NCBI GenBank assembly: GCA_032718475.1
Contig: JAUCBJ010000106.1
Location: 1-61,393 of the forward strand
From: Nemertoderma westbladi
Lineage: Eukaryota > Animalia > Xenacoelomorpha
DNA: 61,393 nucleotides
Reading direction: 5' to 3'
Shown: positions 46,221 to 56,677 of the stretch, piece after piece
Layout of the letters: each line of letters opens with the position of its first letter
How positions within the stretch are numbered: position 1 is the stretch's first letter
Notes under the pieces: generated by a model
What the model was told of the DNA's origin: nothing
The model's input: the letters and a program-made list of their open reading frames with translations, nothing else
Databases searched by the model: none
Made by a program: the position numbers and the translations under genes

Positions 46221-46781
46221 TTAAATATTTCTACCTAAATGACTATCTAAATTACCAACAAAATTCAAAAACTTTGGAAAAAATACTCGAAATATCCTGG
46301 GTCTTGCCATACATACAACATTTCGTGTGTAAAAAACGCAAAATGTTATGATATTAGAACTAGTTTTACCCCGACGATAAAACTGCACAAGAATATTATT
46401 AAATATCTCCGGCTCATATTTCACCTCCACATTATAATAATTATCTAAAAAATGAAACCCGACCATTTTCATTAATTTGCTATAGTCTATGTCTAGATTG
46501 TTAATAATATAAGTTTGGCTATTGATTGAAATAAAAGTTAATTTATAATCAGTATGCTTATATATATACTTAATAATTTTTTTTATTTTAGGCGATTTAC
46601 CGAGTACAGTGACCTTACCGCTCGGGAAAAAGAGACACGTCCATCCACAAATTTTGGCGATATATTGAAAAGGCTTTAAGATGAGTTTTCCATTTCGAAT
46701 TCGTTTAGCCAGCACATCGAATGATATGCACCCATCAACCAACCTCAAACTTATATTACTGTTGACAACACTAAAAGACAT
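46221..46781 (-). CDS. TATA-binding protein (TBP)-like protein
   Basis: TCLFFPSGKVTVLG (cf. TBP TALIFSSGKMVCTG), KYEPEIFNNI (cf. SYEPELFPGL) and FCVFYTRNVVCMA (second repeat); 186 aa matches the TBP core size. Confidence 0.8.
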   Translation of the reverse strand: MSFSVVNSNISLRLVDGCISFDVLAKRIRNGKLILKPFQYIAKICGWTCLFFPSGKVTVLGKSPKIKKIIKYIYKHTDYKLTFISINSQTYIINNLDIDYSKLMKMVGFHFLDNYYNVEVKYEPEIFNNILVQFYRRGKTSSNIITFCVFYTRNVVCMARPRIFRVFFPKFLNFVGNLDSHLGRNI

Positions 46782-46790
46782 TGCAATCCG

Positions 46791-49700
46791 CTATTCTATA
46801 ATGGGCGGTATATAAAGCTTAGGGGCGGGCGCTTTACGATCCAAATGTGTTTTATAATGGCCGTAAGGTAGACTTTCATTAGTCGATGTGTAATATATTT
46901 TATCTTCCCAGTGTTAGCGATTTTTTTCTTTGTGAAACGGTGTATATTTTATGTAAATTAGATTGAAACCTTTGACTGTATTCGTAATGCTCGCTAACCT
47001 CGTTATATACTTTTAAATATGATTCGTGGGAGAGTTTCTTTTTTATAACCATTTTTCCTACGCCTTTAGCGGCACGTTTTGGAACTGACCCCCTACGAAA
47101 GCTATAACATTTTGGTCTGAGTAAAATTACCTGTTCATATGGGATAGACATCCCTTCATCCTTTAAATATCTATATTTCCCTTTCTGTTCTACTGTATAC
47201 AACGGATGCGTAATGGGATAATTTGAACAGTCTAAAACTTTTTTTGATTGTAACGCAGATAAAAATTGGTGTTGGGATAAACCAACACACTGTAAAAAAA
47301 AAGAATCCGTGTCCCCACCTAACAAAGTTATACTACAATTTAATTCGGCTTCCAGGGGCTTTAATTTCTCGCAGAAGAAACTGTAATAATCTAACTTCGA
47401 CAGGTCCAATACAGCTTGGCCTAAAAAAATAGGTTTATGCAAACAAACCGCAGTTTTAGATAGGACGTGACCTGATAATGAATCAGTGAACATAATTAAA
47501 TTTTCGTGGTTCGGCTTGGATAATAATAAGTCACATTTCTCAATTGAATTACATAAGCGAAATGAGACACAGTCCTGTATATTCTCCATGCTTTTCCCGA
47601 AAAGCGCGTTATTTGTTCCTTTGTGAAACTTATCATAAAAGTCATTGCTTGCTATTTTTCTTTGCTGGGTGTTATATTCAATAAAATCCTTAAAAATGTA
47701 ACCTTGCTTAAATCTAATAAGTTTATGAACTTTAATCAAGCGCATACCATGATGAATATAAAAGCGCAATAATTTTAGATGCACACCGTACTCATACTTA
47801 TCAAATTGGGTTAACATCAATTTTTTTGCTGGGCTATTGAAAATTTTATCGCCATTATAATGTCGCCAAAGACTTTTCATGTGTGGACTGAGATACCTAC
47901 TATCGAGTTTAACATGCTCCGGTGCAAATGGAAGCTCGGCTGTGGCATCATGAATAGTCATTGGGTATTCAAGGTCTACAATTGCGAAGTATCCATATAT
48001 TTCGTCAATTTCCAGACTCATGATATCGACACTATCAACATCCAACCATTCAAAGTCAGAATAAGGAAGTTTCTCCGACAAAGAACCGCTATATAAACTG
48101 TTGAAATCTAAATTATATAAATGAGCTTCGGGTTTATTAGTATATAGTATTATATATTATTATTAGTATATGTTTCTGTGCCTGGTATATTCGCATTTGC
48201 CATATGAAGGTTGGTGTAAGAAACTCCACCCCTAATGGAATTTTCGAATGTTAAATACATTTCATGGTCTGCAAGTAGACAAATATGTGACTTAGAAAAT
48301 CTCAAAGCCGCGTCCCAACTAACCCCCGCCATCGTGTAATAGTTCGAGACCTCAAGCGAATAATGTTTATTACAATATGCGCGAAAATTTTCAAAAATAT
48401 CGGCTAGCAGCAAAACGTCAAGATGTAAGTAAGCTTCCAAATAATCAAAAAGTGTCTCACATCGAAATTGTTCCCACGAAAGATGAGCAAATGTATATTC
48501 TTCAGGGCTAATAGATGATAATGTTAATTCATTGTAAAACTCTTTTGGATGCGGTAATTTAGTATCCTCCAATTTACTTAAGGAATCGACATATTCGTAA
48601 GGAAAAACTGACTTACGGCGTAAAATTTCGTTGGTAACATTTGGATATAATTTTCTCATTTGCTTCACAGTGTGCGGAATAACGGTTGTTAAATCTGACA
48701 CATCTTTTGTCAAAAACCCAGCCAAAGCAGAAAGGGAAAATCCCATAAACGCGAATGAATCAATAAACTGTATAGTTATTGATTTGCTGGTTGGGAGCCC
48801 TCTTACATCCTTTTCTGGAATAGCATAACCAAGCACGCTAAGTGCTTCTGACATTGGAATATCGATGCGGAGTGAGATATATCTTTCAGTATTTTTTGCA
48901 ATGGTGAATCATAAGAAAAAAAATTATGACAGATAACTGGGAATAGGTGACGTTTAACACTTAATTGTTTATTACAGGAAATACACGCCGCACCAATGAA
49001 AGCCCCGTTGTAATGGTTGTGATGCATCACACTTGGATTTATATCTTCCCGAAAAAATGAATTACAATTAAAGCAATTTGTGGTACGCATATAAGCTTGG
49101 TATTGTGTGTGATCCAGGTGTTTGGGGTGGTGTGTGTTAAAGGTAGACCATTCATAACACTTAAATAAATCAAAAACCAGACTATCAATAAAATTCTGTA
49201 CCGAGTTATTATCGATATTTTGTCTAAATGTAGACAAAAAATAATTTGGGGAGTTAATTAATTCGGTATTGGGGACAATCAAATATGAAACGGCCGACGG
49301 GAGATGTTCGGCTATATAATATTTTTTTACATTATTTGTTGGGGCTAGTACCACTTCGAAATCCATATATACTATGAAAGGTGTGCTCATAGACTTATAG
49401 TAATTAGTAAAACGTAAATTCAAATTCAGTTTAGATGGCATCTCCTCTATTTGGCGCCCGCCTTGCCAACACCCTAATCTATGGCGTTCTAACGCATTTG
49501 GACTGTAGAAACCGCGAATACACTGCTCACAACGATGACAATGATTGTTGCTATTGCCTTCCCCGCGACCATTAAATAATCTATTTAAGTTAGAAACCCC
49601 GACGATGTGATATGTTGAGGTTAAATTTTGACGCTCAATAAGCAATAAATTTAGCAATCTTTTACCTTCAGCTTTTTTAGCGCTCGGTTGTCGTAGAAAG

Positions 49701-50830
49701 GAAATTTTTTTGCTACTTCTATCAAAATACAATAAATTTATTAAATAATTTGGATTATTTTTTTCAAACTTTAGAATATTTAGTTTCCATGATAGGGTAG
49801 AATCTAATTCGCTTAAATTAAAAAACCCTGAATAATGATTATAAGAACTTTGGCGTGAAACATGGCGCAGTGTGTGATCATCCGATATATGTTTTGAAAA
49901 TTTTGCTGTCAGGACCGCCCACTTAAAACATTCACCTTCATTACACAGTACATTTATTATACAATGTTTATTTTTTAATTTTGTCGGGATTGATTGGTTG
50001 GCATCACCGCTATGTCCAAAACGATATACCGATCGCAAGTATGACGCAATAGTAAGTTTGATGCGCGATAGAGTTACAAGTTTCCAGCCGCTACCCCGCC
50101 TAATAAATTGCGATATTTTTTCACCGATATGGGAAATGACTGTGTAGTACCATTCGTCAAAATCCGAGCTATTTTCAATATAATTATCTGTACCAATCGA
50201 AGTAAAATGGAATTCTTCTTGTAGAATATAATTAGCATCATCACGTTCCATTATCACTGAAGCAATTACCCACACTTTATAAAACATATCATTAAAAGCC
50301 GATGCCGCCGTGTTAAAAGCGCGCGAAGCATATAACCCCATATAATTTAAATAATTCGGCACATCTGGATACATCTCATTAGATGACACATTATGGGTAT
50401 ATTCCTGAACGCGGGATTCGTGACATGTTTTTGAGAGATGAAAACCTTCGTTGGGTGTATCTGAGCTGTTTGTAATGCTTACAGGCGAACCAACGTTGAG
50501 ATCCGGTTGAAATGTCGGTTCTGATTGTTTTTGGTTATGTTTGCGTTTGTGGGAATTGTAATGGTTTTGATGGCAACTATGTTCGATATATGAATCGAAG
50601 TTTTCAAAATCATCAGAGCATGTCGGGCAGGATAGCGTGTAACCGCAGTAGGTGTAATTCGGGCGAGACAGCCCGCAACATCTATTACTGTGAAATATTG
50701 CTATTCTTTCAGAAGTAGTTCGGCAATTACAATTATCGCAAACATACCCATCGAAATGTGTGCGTAAATGCCGTAAATAATTTTTCTTAAGTATAGTACA
50801 ACCGCAAAAAACGCAATTAATCTCCATCAT
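46791..50830 (-). pseudogene. polB: Protein-primed family B DNA polymerase, three frameshifts
   Basis: N-terminal C2H2-like fingers, CFKWAVL, ExoI YMDFE, HHNHYNG..AACISCN, ExoII HNFFSYD, FIDS, IRGG, motif A DFNSLY, motif B KGTNNALFGK, motif C GDTDS, and WEDK..LPYGHY in a shifted frame. Breaks at ~48870, ~48150 and ~46910. Confidence 0.95.
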
Positions 50831-51123
50831 TATAATTATTATTATTACGATTATAATATATTTATTAACGTAGGTACAGAAAACATATTTACAATATGCC
50901 GATGAAAGAGATGCGGCAGATTTTATGTAGATAAATATATCCAATACCCAGTCAACCAGCCACCCACGCTAGAAACCGTTTAACCAACCAAAATTTACTG
51001 AACTGGCATTATCCTATTTATATGCTCTATTAACTATGTTGTATAATCGCGTGTAAGAGTATTGAAATAGTATTGACATGTGTCACCATCCGAGTTTGGT
51101 GTTATGCGTTTAATGTCACATAT

Positions 51124-51759
51124 TTAATATGTGCGGTGAAATGTCGAATTATTAATCTCTTCCCCATACGGCGTTAAATTCGTCGGTAAAAGCCCGAAAT
51201 AATCATCCGAATAAATATTAGAAACGTAGAGTATTGCCGCATTACATTGTTGGCATATAAGCTGGCATATTTTATCGCCCGATGTTACAACGTATTCCTT
51301 AGATGTGTTGTTAATCAATATAATTACAAGTTGATCTATATTACCGTGCGCAACACTGGAATCAACCGCATATTCTGCAACATCGATGCCAATTTTTGTC
51401 AAGCTAAAAGTCGGTGTAATTCTTCCAAAATAATTGGCGGGTAAATATATTTTAACACCCGTCTCAATTAACATCCGTGAGTGCGGCTCTATTGTTCTAT
51501 TCACGGCGCTATATATGTCAATCCCAGCTGGGCTATATGAACCGCATACAGGTGCCCGAGCTGCCGGGCTTAACAATTCAATTTTAATTGGAATAATTGA
51601 ATTAAGACCGCGGTATCTATTTTCAGCTTGTATTATTGGAAACATTTTTTTATTATGGCGTATTTTACCTAAAAAAATTCCTAAAAGAAAGGTAACAATG
51701 AATAATATATTTGAAAAAATGATCTTATCTATAGACTCAAGCTGCCCCAGTATTGTCAT
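51124..51759 (-). CDS. dUTPase-like protein, probably catalytically inactive, with N-terminal hydrophobic segment
   Basis: Motifs I (AGIDI) and IV (GDKICQLI) are kept; II (GRITPTFSL) and III (AVDSSVAHG) are degenerate; V is absent. IIFSNILFIVTFLLGIFLG is TM-like. Confidence 0.8.
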   Translation of the reverse strand: MTILGQLESIDKIIFSNILFIVTFLLGIFLGKIRHNKKMFPIIQAENRYRGLNSIIPIKIELLSPAARAPVCGSYSPAGIDIYSAVNRTIEPHSRMLIETGVKIYLPANYFGRITPTFSLTKIGIDVAEYAVDSSVAHGNIDQLVIILINNTSKEYVVTSGDKICQLICQQCNAAILYVSNIYSDDYFGLLPTNLTPYGEEINNSTFHRTY

Positions 51760-52345
51760 GTCGCTTAATCAATAATATTTTGACCAATGGGTATATTTAT
51801 AATGGGTGTGTCTTTAAAACGCCGTTCGCGCGCCGCAATCGTTCGTTTTTAGTAAATGTGATTACAGAAAAATATCTGTCGTGAGAGAAAGTTTGCGATC
51901 CCGACATTAAATTAAATTCGCTCATGCTTAAAATTATGAAACTTCTAAGAAGCTACACAGTTAATACAGTTGACGTCAATCAATTTAACCGTGAGTAATA
52001 TTCTGTTGAATTTTGAGGGTGTGTCTATAAAAATTTATATAGACCGCATTAATCGCCACCGCAAGCTGTTACCACTTACGTCAACCAATTTAAGCGTAAA
52101 TAAATATTTCCCTTGAAATTTATAGGAAGTTTTTCAAAAAAAATTCTCTCAGGACAATAGCGATTAATCCGGTTGAGTGGTTAAAATATACCCGTTTTCC
52201 CAATAGCCCATCATTATATTATAAATACGTCGTAAAATACTTTATTTCGTCATTCGGGTTAATTCATTCATTATCATATTTTTCGCACATTGTATAGCGC
52301 GATATTATTGTATTTTTACACTTAATTATTAATATTTCGCAAAAT

Positions 52346-53452
52346 TTGTTGATGGAATCTGTGAAACCATCACAACCAAAAATGATGTCATTAAGCGGTA
52401 GCTCTACTGATAGTGTGCCCGCCCCATACGTATCGGTGATTACAGGTAAGAGTGTGTGGGGCCTCGAGTGTTTGGGGGAAGGAATAGAAATAAAAGCATT
52501 TAACGGGAAATACGTTCGATTCAACCGTTGGGGTGATACCAAAGGACGCAACGTCGTGCAAGAATCGGTAAGTCTTACTTACCAGAACATAAGATTCCTG
52601 TTTGACTTCCTCAATTATAATAAAATAGCCGTTGAATATTACAAGGAATACACCCGAGGCAATTTGCTTATAACACCAATAAATCATGCGTACTTACGCA
52701 TTGGGAAAAACGGCACATCAATTTTTATCTCGCGAAAAATTCTAGATGTCTTACAAAGCATCTACGGCAAAGTCGTTCTTTCCCGTATTGAACCAAAAAA
52801 GAAGGAAATTCATGATGAGAATTTTATGGAGTTCGAAGATTGTGGGTACATTGGATATATCTACGACTTTGAAGGGCAACGATTTGTCGGCGTTTGGGAA
52901 GCGAATGATATAGGTAGACAGCGGAAGGGTGTTCTATATTACGATGGGTTGAATCTCAGAGCGGATGAATTCTGTTTGCTCGACTTTAACATAGATAAGA
53001 ATGTTAACGAGAATATCGATGAGGTTAGTATGAGGTACACATCAACCGTTAACAAAAACGGAATATATTTGTCCCACAACTTCGACACCAAGGTTATTTT
53101 CATCCCTCGAAACAACACAAATGTGAAGATAATTAAGCAATTACAGAAGTACGTGGACCACGATATTCCGTCTGGGTGTGAGTTTCTACCGATTAAAAAG
53201 TTAGTTGTTGAGGCTGCGATTGATGAATTAGTGGACGAGGAACTAATGAAAGTGGTAATGCCGAACAACGCTAGTCAGCTGAAGACGTCCGAAGCAGTAA
53301 AAGTCACTGCTAAGAAAATGGATGAGAAAAAAATCTGGTTGCCCGCGATTGCAGAAAATGAACGGGTAGACGGCGCTGAAAAAAAGAATGATTATAAGGA
53401 TATTGATACCCTCGTTGGGGGTGAGCGCTCAGATGAAGATGAAAACACCTAA
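52346..53452 (+). CDS. Protein with two putative PC4-like ssDNA-binding repeats
   Basis: IEIKAFNGKYVRF...SVSLTYQNIRFL and YIYDFEGQRFVGVWE...DGLNLRADEFCLL resemble PC4 F.G...V.IR...KGISL..EQW..L. Confidence 0.55.
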   Translation: MLMESVKPSQPKMMSLSGSSTDSVPAPYVSVITGKSVWGLECLGEGIEIKAFNGKYVRFNRWGDTKGRNVVQESVSLTYQNIRFLFDFLNYNKIAVEYYKEYTRGNLLITPINHAYLRIGKNGTSIFISRKILDVLQSIYGKVVLSRIEPKKKEIHDENFMEFEDCGYIGYIYDFEGQRFVGVWEANDIGRQRKGVLYYDGLNLRADEFCLLDFNIDKNVNENIDEVSMRYTSTVNKNGIYLSHNFDTKVIFIPRNNTNVKIIKQLQKYVDHDIPSGCEFLPIKKLVVEAAIDELVDEELMKVVMPNNASQLKTSEAVKVTAKKMDEKKIWLPAIAENERVDGAEKKNDYKDIDTLVGGERSDEDENT

Positions 53453-53456
53453 AGCC

Positions 53457-53642
53457 ATGAAAGAACAAGCGCTTAAGCGAAAAATTGATCTCATCGTGAA
53501 TAAAACACCTAGCTATGAGTATGAAGATATCAGCGACTTTGAAGAGGACATCGTCAATGATACGGATGATGGTGAAGACATTTTCAATGAAATCGAGACT
53601 AATGGGCAACCTCAAATAAAGAAGAATAAAAATTCAGTGTGA
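53457..53642 (+). CDS. Small acidic protein with basic ends
   Basis: MKEQALKRK...DISDFEEDIVNDTDDGED...KKNK; starts 4 nt after the upstream stop. Confidence 0.4.
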   Translation: MKEQALKRKIDLIVNKTPSYEYEDISDFEEDIVNDTDDGEDIFNEIETNGQPQIKKNKNSV

Positions 53643-53870
53643 ATCTTCGAGCGGTCGAAACTTTATTATATAAATAGACCATGTTCGTAGGCGGTGTCGC
53701 TGCAACGAGCCGGGCACGGTTAAATTATTATTATTATTATTATTTTGTGGTGGTAAATTATTTGTTGGTATAATGAATTATCGATTGAAATAAATATTAT
53801 ATAAATTTATTTATAGTATTATTTATTATTATACACATATTTATTTTATTTATTATACTATATATATATT

Positions 53871-54308
53871 ATGGATGAGGAGGTAGAAAATGAGATTGCC
53901 GTGGATGAGGTTGATAAGGAGGAGGAGGAGGAGGAAAATGAGATTGAAGCAGATGAAATTGATAAGGAGAATGAGATGATACTGGTGGCGATTTACGAGA
54001 GAGAAAAAGAAGAAGCGCGGTTGGAGAGATTGTTGAATCCGAGAAATGAGTGGGAAGAGATAGAGAAAAATTATTATTTGGAGGAAGAGGCAAAAAAGAA
54101 CAAGAGTGTGTGGGGAGAAGATTGGGAGTTGGAGATGGTGGCTGAGGGGGTTAGGAGAGCGAGGGAGGCTGAGAGGTGTGCGCGGGAGAAGGCAATGAAA
54201 GAAAGGATTGAGATGTTGATGGGAATGTTGGAGATGTTAGGCGGTGGCGGTGGTAATGGTAATAATGTGGAGGATGTAGATAGCGAGGATAGCGGGATAA
54301 ATGGGTGA
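53871..54308 (+). CDS. Glu-rich coiled-coil protein
   Basis: 145-codon purine-rich ORF after an AT-rich spacer, abutting the right TIR. Confidence 0.55.
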   Translation: MDEEVENEIAVDEVDKEEEEEENEIEADEIDKENEMILVAIYEREKEEARLERLLNPRNEWEEIEKNYYLEEEAKKNKSVWGEDWELEMVAEGVRRAREAERCAREKAMKERIEMLMGMLEMLGGGGGNGNNVEDVDSEDSGING

Positions 54309-54329
54309 GGTGGTGGAAGAAATTTTAAA

Positions 54330-54711
54330 ATAGTAATGGTGATGGATTTAAGTATAATAATCAAATTAAAAATAATATTATAAATACTATAACCTTACAC
54401 CCAATTCGCGGCTCGCCCCACAACTTGTTGCTTAGCGATATTGGGTTTTACCTATTGCGGTTCAAGGTCAAGCGCCAACCGGTAGACACGAATTAATTAA
54501 ATTACTTCCGTCTGTGGGCTGGCCTTATACCACATATGTTACATATACACAGTGGTGACATATGTTACACATGCACAATGGTAACCATAGTAAGTGGGTG
54601 GGGCAACAATAGTAATCATAGTAAGTAGGCGGGGCAAGAGCCGTTCGGCAAATTCTTTAACATGGTAGACTATGGCAGACGCTGTTTTATTTCAGCTGTT
54701 TACCTACTACT
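54330..54711 (-). repeat. Right TIR
   Basis: Inverted copy of 35434-35825. Confidence 0.95.
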
Positions 54712-55008
54712 CATTACTATGTTTTGGGTACCCACTTTTTGACCAATTGTTTTCATATGAAAATGACTTTTATCATGAGGTTTTTTGTTCTAGAACAAAT
54801 ATTTGACCTTCTGGTAGTAAGATAGTAGCTATTAATTTTGATTATGCGTGGCTTATAGTTTAGAACTCCTTGGCCTAACTCACAATACTTCTCTACCATG
54901 TTGTTTTTATATTTCATTTGAGTAAAATTATTTTCCTAGCTAGAAAAAACTTAAGCTACTTTGAATTACTCAGACTGATAAACTCAATAAAGGTATCTAA
55001 TTTCAGAC

Positions 55009-55134
55009 CTGAGACCACAATATCATATTTACATCAGCCTTCTGATTCAATCTGATTTCAACTTCGGCTAGATTTCCTTCCTCAATAGCAGTTTTCAGCA
55101 GTTCGTGAATAAACTTTTCTCGTTGTGTCGACAT
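55009..55134 (-). CDS. Ankyrin-repeat host gene, putative first coding exon
   Basis: ACA-ATG start; MSTQREKFIHELLKTAIEEGNLAEVEIRLNQKADVNMILWSQ, then a CAG|GT donor in phase 0. Confidence 0.6.
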
Positions 55135-55416
55135 TGTTACGTTTTTTGCTATTTTCTACCGGTTGATTTTTTATATTTTTCTTTACATAGGACTAATTAC
55201 TTACGTGTTTGGTAGATGCGCAATTCGCATTGTAGTTTAAAACAAAATTTAACTATTACATTAGAAAACACCAAACAACAGGACGTACACTATAATAATT
55301 AATTAATTCTGAATTCTAGAATTAGAATACCAGATACCCCCTTAACAAACCCAACCACAACCGAAAATACTAAATAATATATTTATTGAGAATAGCTATA
55401 AAAATGACAGATAGCC

Positions 55417-55651
55417 CAGGGGGGGAAACTGGACGCAATAAAAATTAATCCCTCTCCAGTGTAAATTCGACGCAAATAACAGATGATCTCTCTCAAAAAT
55501 AAAACTGTAACCTGTTCTATTGTGTTTAGTTTATTGTTTTGGTTAAAATAACGTGCCACTGTAACCTGCTCCTTTCCCTAAATTGAGAATTTAGCATTGA
55601 GGCGGGATATTAATTCGCTAAGGCGGGTTTTGCGTCGAGTTTCCCACCCTG
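55417..55651. mobile_element. Short MITE (CAGGG...CCCTG ends)
   Basis: TIR CAGGGGGGGAAACTGGACGCAA / TTGCGTCGAGTTTCCCACCCTG. Contains a monomer related to the 68-bp minisatellite; no clear TSD. Confidence 0.55.
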
Positions 55652-56078
55652 TCTCAAAAATGAAGTAAGCAACTTCTTCAAATTCCACCCATAGTACATC
55701 CACTTATAGGAAGATGCAAACTACTACTGTACCTGACCGTCTGCGTCTGACGCGATTTGTTCAAAAACTAAACTAATATTCTGGGAATTTACCAGTAGGC
55801 CTATCATAGTCGTTTCAAATCCTCTCGTGAAAGTTAACCTAAACCACCGATGAACTGACGACCACTGGATAAACTCTCTTAAGTCGAAGAGCCTTAAGTC
55901 GATATTAAAAACAGTTGATAGGAGCGGCGACGGCTTTGCGGTATTCTATCGAAACGGCAACGTCAAAAAATTAAACAATCCTGACCACACTGACCATAAA
56001 ATACATTGCAAGTATGGTTTCCGCAATTTAAATAGGAAATCTGTCAGCGGGGTGGTGGCATAACGTTTAGTTAGCGTA

Positions 56079-56458
56079 GTTAAAGTGACCAGCCGGTTGT
56101 ATGCAGCCAGACAAATAGGCGCCAGTTAATGGCTAACTAGGAAATACGCGGCGTCATTTGCAGCCGATAACAAGGGGTAAACGAACACCTATGGTGTAGA
56201 TCCATTCATTGGGTCTATTGTAACCAGTTAGGCGTAAGGGACGTCGACATGCAGACTGGTATATAATTAAGACCCCCGCTGGTTTGGGCCTGCTTACACT
56301 CCTCTTACGTAATTAGTTTTAGTTTGGCATTGTCGAACTTCTTTCAATAGGCATACTGTGTTGTAATATTATGGCCGGTTGTTGCTCATCGCTCCCTTTA
56401 AGTAAAGTTAAGGAAGTCCTTAACCATGGTTGTACTGTAACTCTATTTGTCCGTTTAA
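56079..56458 (+). repeat. Dispersed ~380-bp repeat, copy 1 (possible SINE body)
   Basis: Highly similar to 59827-60209. Confidence 0.85.
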
Positions 56459-56677
56459 TTATTTTAATTAATTAAAATTATTCAAGGAAATTAAAACATT
56501 ATTTGAGAGACACGTTTTGTTACTTAGGTAAGTTTGATACTTTCATGAAAGATACAGAGAACCAAAGTTTAAATAAAACAAATTCACAGAAATACTATGT
56601 TATGTATCTGCCAATGCGATTTAATTACAAATAGTAATAACAAAAAATATTAATCTAAAGAGAAAGTTTAGCTATCT

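Larger units (their letters stand above)
35434..54711. mobile_element. Polinton/Maverick (adintovirus-like endogenous virus), full length, 19278 bp
   Basis: AGTAGT...ACTACT termini; 6-bp TSD CATTAC (35428-35433, 54712-54717); TIRs; pPolB, integrase, ATPase, protease, MCP and penton genes. Confidence 0.98.

Noticed and set aside
50831-50944. pPolB N-terminal extension given in the ORF track
   Set aside because: It starts at a non-ATG codon and runs through an AT-rich poly-Ile stretch; ATG 50830 is the more plausible start. The same applies to MCP 39795-39854.
55850-55965. Second hammerhead (CTGACGA ... GAAAC)
   Set aside because: Stems I-III could not be formed convincingly around the core.
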